A DNA stretch of 64,000 nt from a virus. The notes beneath the pieces are model-generated. The model was not told the DNA's origin. It did not search any database and saw nothing but the letters and a program-made list of their open reading frames with translations. Shown piece by piece: positions 56,964 to 64,000 of the stretch. Every line of letters starts with the position of its first letter. Position 1 is the stretch's first letter. The DNA lies in IMG/VR virus record IMGVR_UViG_3300021977_000001; one strand, 5' to 3'. A program made the translations under genes and the position numbers.

Positions 56964-57956
56964 ATGACAACTGTCAATTCGACTTCAGGCGCAGAAAACG
57001 TAGCCATCGATTTGGGTCAGATTCAGTTTGACCGCTCGGTTACCTCTGGCGCTGCACCTCTGGCTGCTGACCTTGAAGAAGGTGCTATTGCACTTAACTT
57101 AGTAGATCGCAAGATCTTTACTAAAGACCACGAAGGCAACGTAATCACGCTAGGTCGTGACTACACTGCTGATATTGCTGCTGCACAAGCTAACGCAATC
57201 GCGCAGTCTAACACTTACACCGATAGCCAAATCAACGGTCTTAAAGGTGGCACGCTAGCTGCTGACCTAGATACCCTGTTGAAGATCGGTCAACGTCTTG
57301 AAACTGCTGAGTCTAACATCGCTCAGGGTCAACAAGACACCCAAAACCTAACCAAAGCTGACGTTGGTCTAGGTAACGTTGAAAACTACGGTATCAGCGA
57401 CTCAGTTGCAGAACAGACGTCTACTCAGTACGCGTCATCTATGGCTGCGTATACTGCTCACCAGCGTGCGGTTGATGCTGAAGCAGCAGCGATTGCTTAC
57501 GCTGACGCAGTTAAGTCTGACATCCTTGGCGGTGCTCCACCAGAAGCGTTGGATACCCTTCAAGAACTTGCTGCTGCATTGACAGACAACGACAGCGATA
57601 TCGCTGCTATCACGTCTTCACTTGCAACTAAAGCAACGATCACTCAGCTTAACGATGGCTTGGATACTAAAGTAGACAAAACGTCTATCTCTGATTCAAT
57701 CACGTCTAACAGCTCAACAAACGTTGCGTCTTCAAATGCAATTCTACTTGCATTGACTGATGCTAAAGCTTACGCTGACGCTGGCCTTGCACTTAAAGTA
57801 GACAAGTCTGCTATCTCAAGTGCGACCGACTCTGCATCTGAAACTAACGTAGCTTCTTCTAAAGCCGTTAACGATGCACGCCTAGCTGCCATTAGTCATG
57901 CTAACGGTCTGGTTGCCGACCTCGCTGCTAACTTGGACTACGGACGTTCATTCTAG
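56964..57956 (+). CDS. tail fibre protein (330 aa), Ala/Ser-rich coiled-coil with fibre repeats
   Basis: LEEGAIALNLVDRKIFTKD N-module, LTKADVGLGNVEN, three ISDS/ISSA..ASSxA repeats, GGAPPEALDTLQELAAAL; AGGAG RBS. Confidence 0.75.
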   Translation: MTTVNSTSGAENVAIDLGQIQFDRSVTSGAAPLAADLEEGAIALNLVDRKIFTKDHEGNVITLGRDYTADIAAAQANAIAQSNTYTDSQINGLKGGTLAADLDTLLKIGQRLETAESNIAQGQQDTQNLTKADVGLGNVENYGISDSVAEQTSTQYASSMAAYTAHQRAVDAEAAAIAYADAVKSDILGGAPPEALDTLQELAAALTDNDSDIAAITSSLATKATITQLNDGLDTKVDKTSISDSITSNSSTNVASSNAILLALTDAKAYADAGLALKVDKSAISSATDSASETNVASSKAVNDARLAAISHANGLVADLAANLDYGRSF

Positions 57957-57999
57957 ATTCTGATCAATTGATGAATCTTAGATTAGATTGATTCTGATC

Positions 58000-58059
58000 A
58001 AAAAAGAAACATAGCTAAAGATCCCTCTCCTGTAATGGGAGAGGGATCTTCTATGCCGT
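58000..58059. terminator. Bidirectional hairpin between convergent genes
   Basis: AAGATCCCTCTCC..GGAGAGGGATCTT at ~58018-58050; AAAAAAGAAA at 58000-58009; TATGCCGT at 58052-58059. Confidence 0.85.
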
Positions 58060-59661
58060 TTAACCGAATACTTCTAAAGTATACTCCTTCTCTAATAAAG
58101 AATGCTCTGTAAGGTACCTGTAAGCCTCTCTAACGTTAGAAAAGATTACATGCGGCTCATTGGGTTGCTTAAGGATAACATCCTCTGAGATGTCCGTACA
58201 GCCCCTGTAATCGTTCCATGGGGTAGGATCTTCAATACGTTTAACTACCCACTCATCGTTAATCATCGATCCTCTTAAAGCATTGTTTCTCAATATATTT
58301 AAATTTAGATCATACTCCTTAGCAAATATAGATAATTTCTTACTAAACACTATTGTCTTTGTTAGGACATTAAGACATGCGATAACTCTCCACTTTAATT
58401 GTGGTGGTGCTTTAGTATTTAAAGCTTTTTCTATACCCCATCCCTTCTCCAACCGTTGGCGTAGTAGATCTGGGGCTATTCCATGTTTCTCGGCCAGTTC
58501 TCTGCGTTTAACAATCTCCCCTTTATACTCTACCATCGCAGTAGTGCTTTTATTCATGGATTGAGTACGGTTATCTGCCCATCTACAATTCTCTGGACTA
58601 TAGTCCCCATCATTATCTTTACGGTCTAACGTATAGCCCTCAGGCGGCATCCCCATGTCTTCTAAGAAGTTAGGGAAATGGTCCCAACGTTCACACACCT
58701 TGACACCTTTTTCTCCATAGTTAGCATAGTACTCATCATTTGGGTTATTGCAGCGATTGCGCATAGCCAACCATCTTCCGTATAGAGGATGGTCTCTCAT
58801 CCCGTGGGTAGTAAATCGCTCTCTCGCTGATAACCCCTTACCACAACCGCAACTTTTGGTGTGGCCTGAGGTTAGATCGTTAGTCGCCACTGAGGTTGTA
58901 TTACCGCAGCTACATTGGCAGATCCAACGACGCTTCTTACCTTGCTTTATAGGGTCTTCTCTAAGAACCGTTAATTCGCTAAAGGTATCCCCTATTAGGT
59001 TGCGTTTAGATAAGCACCCGCAACTTCTAGTATCCCCTGCCTTTAAGGATTTTGCTGATACTATTTTCTCATTACCACACGAGCATCTTACCCACCACCG
59101 ATTCCCTCTAGTAGCAGGTAGGGGGTCTGCTTTCTTAAAGACCGTTACCTCTCCAAAGGTTTTATCCATAAGGTCTTCGCCTTGTCTAACGTTGGTTTGT
59201 TTATTCCCTTTACGATCACCCCAGTAGCAGTTATCGGGTCCAAAGTCAGCGTTAGCGTCCCTTCTTAATAAGACCTGACCGGGTTCAGGTTCTCCCATAT
59301 CTTGCACGAATAACCCAAAATCATCCCACCTAGGATCAACACCTACACCTAGTCCTCCGTAGTTATGGTAGTCGGCGTTGTTTGGATTGTTACAGCGTCC
59401 ACGCATCATCATCCACCGACCGTGTAAAGGGTGGTGACGTAGACCGTGGGTAGTTGCGTTCTCTTTTGCCTTTAGCTTGGCTAAGCAGCCGCATGAAGTA
59501 ATTTTGCCTGCTTTAAGCCTGTAGGTGTCCACGGATATTACCTTACCGCATTGACATTTACACAGCCAGCTGCGTTTGGTTTTTGTATTAGACGTGTCTA
59601 GGCCTTGAACGGTTAACACCCCAACATTCAACCCTACTAATTCATTATCAACACTTACCAT
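58060..59661 (-). mobile_element. free-standing HNH-type homing endonuclease gene with duplicated domains (533 aa)
   Basis: Three W.C.C.CG...SCGC modules, two RW..MR.RCNNPN..Y.NYG..G..V..RW..F..F..DMG..NC.W modules, an HTH-like segment and a NUMOD-like tail. Confidence 0.8.
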
Positions 59662-59697
59662 CGTATATTCCTAAGCTTGATATTACAAGTTCAGTTG

Positions 59698-60075
59698 TCA
59701 CAAGTCATCCGCGTAGCCTTTGATGTCTTTGTTTACTGATTTCGTTAGCACGTCTTCTGAGGGAAGCTGATAATTTGAGAAAGACATGGCTTGAGCCACG
59801 GTCCATCCCTTATTATCTGCTAGCTTCAACAGCTCGCTATCCTCTGGGAAAACAAACCCTCCAATAGCCATGACGTGAGCTACTGTCCATCCTTGATCGT
59901 CTGCTAATTTAAGTAGCTCACTCTCTAGTGGAAAGGTGTAACCATTGGCGACCATGACGTGAGCTACTGTAACGTTAGTAGAACCATCTTTTAATGTAAG
60001 TCTTTTATCGTTTAAGTCTAAAGTCTTTTGTTCAATTAACTCTAACGCTAATTCTTCTATCTGTTTTAAGTTCAT
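59698..60075 (-). CDS. small protein with 28-aa ankyrin-like repeats (~125 aa; start MNLKQ)
   Basis: TVAHVM..G..FP..SELLKLAD..GW repeated with a 28-aa period; AGGA RBS before ATG 60075. Confidence 0.7.
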   Translation of the reverse strand: MNLKQIEELALELIEQKTLDLNDKRLTLKDGSTNVTVAHVMVANGYTFPLESELLKLADDQGWTVAHVMAIGGFVFPEDSELLKLADNKGWTVAQAMSFSNYQLPSEDVLTKSVNKDIKGYADDL

Positions 60076-60112
60076 TATTTTATTCCTATTTAAATTATCA
60101 TCAACCACATAG

Positions 60113-60124
60113 GTAATATAGGTG
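60113..60124 (-). promoter_or_regulatory. phiKZ-type early promoter CACCTATATTAC
   Basis: GTAATATAGGTG upstream of the repeat-protein and HNH genes. Confidence 0.75.
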
Positions 60125-60251
60125 TTAAAGATAATAGACTTTAGCTACCTTATTCTTATGAATCCTTTCACGCTTACCGCGCCGTATGCGGTTAACCAAT
60201 AACGATACTAGCACGCTCATCCAATGGCCTGCTTTTAACTAGGAGTATGCA

Positions 60252-60782
60252 ATGGCAACCTTCCGATTAGGTCCTATTGGATTTCCATTCAGTAGTACAC
60301 CAGGTGCTGTACCTGAACCTGAACTTATTAATGTAGCAGGGATAGCTATTAACATTAAAGATCAGATCCTTTATTCCAAGGACGATGAAGGCAATATGTT
60401 CAGCATCGGGTCGTCGTATGACGGAATCCTTGAAGCTCACTTTAGCGCTGTCGATCCCCATGGGACATTTAACGTCATCAACACCACCGGTGATGCTACC
60501 TTAGGTGGCTTAGCGGTCTATCACGTTATTAAACGTGTAGGTGCAGGCGATGGTACCCTAACCGTTGATATGGCAGAGATTGCCGAAAACGCGATTATCA
60601 AAGTTGATAACGTTTGGGACAATGCAGGTACCGTTAACGTTGTGTCTTCTGATCCTGCTACCGTGTTCCATTTAGATGAGAGCACGCAAGAAAGTTCAGT
60701 TAGCTTAACCGGCAAAGGCCAGTTTGAGTTGATTGTGGATGTTGAAAATAATAACATTTACCTCACCAACATCGAGCAATAA
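60252..60782 (+). CDS. tail fibre adaptor-like protein (176 aa), shares its N-module with 46876 and 56964
   Basis: PGAVPEP..GIAINIKDQILYSKDDEGNMFSIG..AHF.A.DPHGT; AGGAG RBS. Confidence 0.6.
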   Translation: MATFRLGPIGFPFSSTPGAVPEPELINVAGIAINIKDQILYSKDDEGNMFSIGSSYDGILEAHFSAVDPHGTFNVINTTGDATLGGLAVYHVIKRVGAGDGTLTVDMAEIAENAIIKVDNVWDNAGTVNVVSSDPATVFHLDESTQESSVSLTGKGQFELIVDVENNNIYLTNIEQ

Positions 60783-60794
60783 GATTTAACGTAG

Positions 60795-60829
60795 AAGAAG
60801 ATCTAGCAATAGGTCTTCTTTTATGCCGT
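60795..60829 (+). terminator. Hairpin plus TTTTATGCCGT
   Basis: AAGAAGATCT..AGGTCTTCTT then TATGCCGT at 60822-60829. Confidence 0.7.
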
Positions 60830-60886
60830 CGGGGTAGGTAATTAATCGTATGTATTGTTGTATTTGTTATTCAAAAGGACGTTAAC

Positions 60887-61744
60887 GTGTTTAAATTAAT
60901 TGCAAACATTATTAGAGAAACCATCTTACTTATTAGCGAGCTGCCCTACCTTAAGTTCATCAACGACTCAACAGGTCAGCCTATTCCAGAATTTGGTAAT
61001 GAGGGTACTGCTGTTACTAATGAAGTAGAACGCCGTAGTAAAGTTAAACTAGCGCTGGCGATGGTCGCGGTGGGTGAGAGTAGAACGAAGGTCCTAGATC
61101 GCTTCTTTGCCATGCCTGTCTATAAAGGCGAGACCATGCCTATCTTAGAGTTTAATAGACAAGAAGAGCATTGGTATTTCATTAATGGGATCATGACGAC
61201 GCAGGATGTTTTTGATGTAAATCTTCATGGGTTATCTAAGCTCCTCAATCGCCCTGTAATGGGTCTTTACAACCCGACCAAAGGAATGTACCGTGATTTA
61301 ATAGAAAGCGTGGTGGGTCGCGCTACGGATCGTTTAACACCCATTGCCCGTGTTATGGCGCAGCATCTATTCTACGCGGTGCTAAGCGGTAAGCCTGTTA
61401 GAATAATAGGTCACTCTCAGGGGGCTATTATTTTATCCAATGTGGCTAAGATATTACAAAGCTATGGGTTTGAATTAAACAATGTAGAATTCTATACTAT
61501 AGCAGGAGCGCATGATGAGTTCCCTCAGGTGCCTATGGTTGAGCATTTTGGCAATGAGAAAGACTACGTTTACCGTATAGGTGCTAAACATTACCAGGCG
61601 CGTATATACGGCGAGCAGTATGTAAGGGATCTAGGCGGTCATCTATTAAATCGACACTACCTAACCGGATTATACAACGGTGATTACTGTGGTGGTCGAT
61701 CTAAACTACATAAACACATTCAAAGCAAAAAAGAAACAATATAG
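60887..61744 (+). CDS. alpha/beta-hydrolase fold protein (lipase/esterase-like), 285 aa
   Basis: Nucleophile elbow IIGHSQGAII, upstream FINGI oxyanion-type segment, NEKDYV Asp and GGHL His; AAGGA RBS with GTG start. Confidence 0.75.
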   Translation: MFKLIANIIRETILLISELPYLKFINDSTGQPIPEFGNEGTAVTNEVERRSKVKLALAMVAVGESRTKVLDRFFAMPVYKGETMPILEFNRQEEHWYFINGIMTTQDVFDVNLHGLSKLLNRPVMGLYNPTKGMYRDLIESVVGRATDRLTPIARVMAQHLFYAVLSGKPVRIIGHSQGAIILSNVAKILQSYGFELNNVEFYTIAGAHDEFPQVPMVEHFGNEKDYVYRIGAKHYQARIYGEQYVRDLGGHLLNRHYLTGLYNGDYCGGRSKLHKHIQSKKETI

Positions 61745-61786
61745 ACAAGGTAGAGGTAGCAACGCGCTACCTCTACCCCTATGCCT
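61727..61786. terminator. Bidirectional hairpin between convergent genes
   Basis: GGTAGAGGTAG/CTACCTCTACC at 61749-61777; AAAAAAGAAA at 61727-61736; TATGCC at 61780-61785. Confidence 0.8.
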
Positions 61787-62714
61787 ATTGTGCCACCAAG
61801 GCTTCTCTTAAACCTTCCATGGTATTTTCTAAACGATAGCAGGTCTTCATGAGTTCTTCATTACTAGCCGCTACATGTTCTTCATGTTTAGCTTTAATGC
61901 GTTTTGCTTCTTTCTGAAAGGCAACCGGGTCCTGATATAAACGTTGGGGATATAGCCAGATACCATCTTGACAAAAGGCATCTACTTGATTAGTGTAGCG
62001 TTCTGTCATATAGGCGGTGTCTACTCTATAGGCTGGAACACCTACTAATATATCAGAAGTATCATTGATGATTTTAGTTAAGTGTAACGTAAATGGAGAA
62101 GTAGGCCATAACTGAATAAATGAGGGTAGGTTGTACCCCGTCTTTAGTTGACGTATATCTCTAAAGTACTCGCCATCCCTTACCAGCTTACGCTCTCTGT
62201 TACCTTTAACAATATCCTTTAACGCCATGATTAAAAGATCAAGCGCTTTGACTACCTCAGCGTTAAACGCCATGCGGTGAGTTATAGCCTGTCCCACAAA
62301 GTGGTCAATTGTGTCAACATCAATGATCAGCTCATCTCTAAACACTAGACTAATGTCACCCCAGTTAACGTTAATGAGTTTTAATAACTCACGTTCTACG
62401 GTAGGCTTATCAACAATAGACCGTTCGACATCAACAGTAGATCTATAGCTAAACGCAGGCTTAGCCGTGGGCGTGTCCTTTTTAACCTGCAGCGTAGACG
62501 GTTTAGTGCTGGCTGTAGGAATATAGCGATACTCGTGAAGCGTAGTGCCGTCATTGCTAAGCATAGTCAACATATAAGGTTGTTCAATGTGCAATACCTT
62601 GTCATCTATTGTCAAGCTTGGTGGTCTTACCTTTGTATTTAAATGTGCACGTTTGGCTTGAATTATCTCTACGCTGTTGTCGTCTTTAATTAAAGATTCA
62701 ATTTTAATAATCAT
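61785..62714 (-). CDS. hypothetical protein (309 aa) with C-terminal coiled coil
   Basis: Long ORF coupled (TAATG) to the upstream small gene. Confidence 0.75.
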   Translation of the reverse strand: MIIKIESLIKDDNSVEIIQAKRAHLNTKVRPPSLTIDDKVLHIEQPYMLTMLSNDGTTLHEYRYIPTASTKPSTLQVKKDTPTAKPAFSYRSTVDVERSIVDKPTVERELLKLINVNWGDISLVFRDELIIDVDTIDHFVGQAITHRMAFNAEVVKALDLLIMALKDIVKGNRERKLVRDGEYFRDIRQLKTGYNLPSFIQLWPTSPFTLHLTKIINDTSDILVGVPAYRVDTAYMTERYTNQVDAFCQDGIWLYPQRLYQDPVAFQKEAKRIKAKHEEHVAASNEELMKTCYRLENTMEGLREALVAQ

Positions 62715-62833
62715 TACTTACGTCCTTTTAACCAATTCTTAACAGATGGGATAATCGCATCACGATACAGTAAAACTACTAGGCTTGACATAAGGGCAAT
62801 GTAAATAATGAAATCTAATAATGAGAATTCCAT
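62714..62833 (-). CDS. small single-pass membrane protein (39 aa; start MEFSLLDF)
   Basis: AAGGA RBS before ATG 62833; hydrophobic core and basic tail; the track start at 62902 falls in the TATGCCGT motif. Confidence 0.6.
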   Translation of the reverse strand: MEFSLLDFIIYIALMSSLVVLLYRDAIIPSVKNWLKGRK

Positions 62834-62869
62834 AGTCTTTTCCTTTATTAATAAGTTAATCTCCCTTAA

Positions 62870-62880
62870 GTAATATAGGT
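62870..62880 (-). promoter_or_regulatory. phiKZ-type early promoter ACCTATATTAC
   Basis: GTAATATAGGT upstream of the 39-aa gene. Confidence 0.7.
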
Positions 62881-62895
62881 CTATAAATTGATGAG

Positions 62896-62928
62896 ACGGC
62901 ATAAGGAAGCGTCAATGACGCTTCCTAG
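62896..62928 (-). terminator. Hairpin plus TATGCCGT
   Basis: AGGAAGCGTCA-A-TGACGCTTCCT; ACGGCATA at 62896-62903. Confidence 0.75.
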
Positions 62929-63311
62929 ATAGTGTAGTAAAGTAAAGGTAACAGCCAGGCACAGGCGTGTGGGCTAATTACCAACTTATAAATAGTACTC
63001 ATGCTAAAATCAGCAGCGGCTTGACCGTCTAAAGCCCGCATCACGCCAAAGGCCATAATCACTAACATATAACCATAGAGAAACAGTGAGAACGATTCAG
63101 TAACAACAAAGAACAATCCAAGACCAATGATAGTACTTGAGTCGCGTGCCCAAGTCGATACTCTGTCATACCAGGTAATAATACGCGCATCTAGTTTCTG
63201 ACATCGCTTACAGCGACTCGCTCTAAAGAGATACTCGCCGTCCATAACAGTAAATACATTAACACATAAAACAATAAAGACGGTAAGTAACGTGAGTGTA
63301 TAGAAAGTCAT
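62925..63311 (-). CDS. multi-pass membrane protein (128 aa)
   Basis: Three to four hydrophobic segments; CKRC motif in the first loop. Confidence 0.65.
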   Translation of the reverse strand: MTFYTLTLLTVFIVLCVNVFTVMDGEYLFRASRCKRCQKLDARIITWYDRVSTWARDSSTIIGLGLFFVVTESFSLFLYGYMLVIMAFGVMRALDGQAAADFSMSTIYKLVISPHACAWLLPLLYYTI

Positions 63312-63580
63312 ATATCATCCTTGGAGACCTTTAATTTAATATTCTCAAACATCAACTTTAGCGCCCCTAGGAAACCTCCCATATAGGCCACTACTGATAC
63401 CATTTGCCATTCTTCAAAGTTATCGAAATGATCTTTGTAAAAGGTGTGAAAATCGTAGGTTAGATAGCAGATAAATATTAAACACGCTACCTGCGCTATA
63501 CGTAACTTCATAAGAAGATACGCCACCTCATGTATACGGTTATCTAACCGCCGTCGCTCTGGTCTTTCTTCAGTCATCAT
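63308..63580 (-). CDS. small two-TM membrane protein, holin-like (90 aa)
   Basis: Two hydrophobic segments, charged termini, Met-Met start. Confidence 0.5.
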   Translation of the reverse strand: MMTEERPERRRLDNRIHEVAYLLMKLRIAQVACLIFICYLTYDFHTFYKDHFDNFEEWQMVSVVAYMGGFLGALKLMFENIKLKVSKDDI

Positions 63581-64000
63581 CCTGCTCCAAAAATGCCTGC
63601 TGTTGTAAGTTCCCCGCGTTCTCTAGCTCTTTAATAACCCCTTCAAGATACTGAATACGGTTACGTAACTGTTCAGTATAAAGACCCAGTTTAATCAACT
63701 GACTCTCTAACATAAACTGACCTTGTACGGTATAGCCGTATATAGCCCAGTTACATGCACTTTCCTGTGTCATGCCCGGATAGCGCTCATACACTTCATC
63801 TAACGTATAAGCATCATCTCGCCCGGCATCTTTAAACTCATCACAAACATACCTGTAATACGACGCGTCTTGAGCGGTTAGCGTAATGACCTCAGGCATG
63901 GTAATGGAGGGTTGAGGAATCGGTGCGGGTAGGGTAACTTTAGGAAGAAGGGGGACGGTCTTGACTTTGACTGTCTGCGTTTCCGGCAATGTTGCGCAGG
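63570..64000 (-). CDS. probable lipoprotein, o-spanin-like; 5' end outside the window
   Basis: The frame stays open to the window edge and reads xCC-Cys-Ala-Thr-Leu-Pro (TGC at 63998-63996), compatible with a lipobox; Pro-rich N-part and helical C-part. Confidence 0.55.
   Translation of the reverse strand, partial: CATLPETQTVKVKTVPLLPKVTLPAPIPQPSITMPEVITLTAQDASYYRYVCDEFKDAGRDDAYTLDEVYERYPGMTQESACNWAIYGYTVQGQFMLESQLIKLGLYTEQLRNRIQYLEGVIKELENAGNLQQQAFLEQDDD

Noticed and set aside
58748-59227. 159-aa plus-strand ORF inside the HNH gene
   Set aside because: Antisense shadow with no RBS or motif; similar shadows at 17638, 19693, 20662, 6817 and elsewhere were also dismissed
62834-62902. N-terminal extension MPSHQF of the 62-aa ORF, and likewise ORF 37380-37565 (MPLTIR)
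   Set aside because: These ATGs are the TATGCC of the terminator-associated motif; the extension spans a promoter and a better RBS exists at 62833

Overview
A 64-kb stretch of a phiKZ/SPN3US-like jumbo phage genome (Chimalliviridae-type), probably infecting a marine gammaproteobacterium (host is inference only). Homology calls come from motif recognition and recalled gene order, not from database searches. The left two-thirds is the conserved core: the 3' end of the tail tube gene, a gp175-like prohead protease, four of the five virion RNA polymerase subunits (gp176-, gp178-, gp180- and gp149-like), a 2046-aa gp181-like tape-measure protein, UvsX/RecA, RNase H, a central spike and SbcC. Small orphan early genes and a 700-bp structured non-coding region (candidate origin) are interspersed. 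The right third is an expanded tail-fibre/receptor-binding locus. It holds three tandem ~950-aa paralogues joined by near-identical palindromic junctions, several adaptor proteins sharing an N-terminal module, an internally duplicated HNH-type endonuclease, an alpha/beta hydrolase and lysis-like membrane genes. The most striking unexplained signals are (i) the three-paralogue array with its junction cassettes, (ii) an exact TATGCCGT octamer directly 3' of 12 intergenic hairpins, and (iii) the candidate origin at 11753-12453. No tRNA, rRNA, CRISPR array, integrase or reverse transcriptase was seen.
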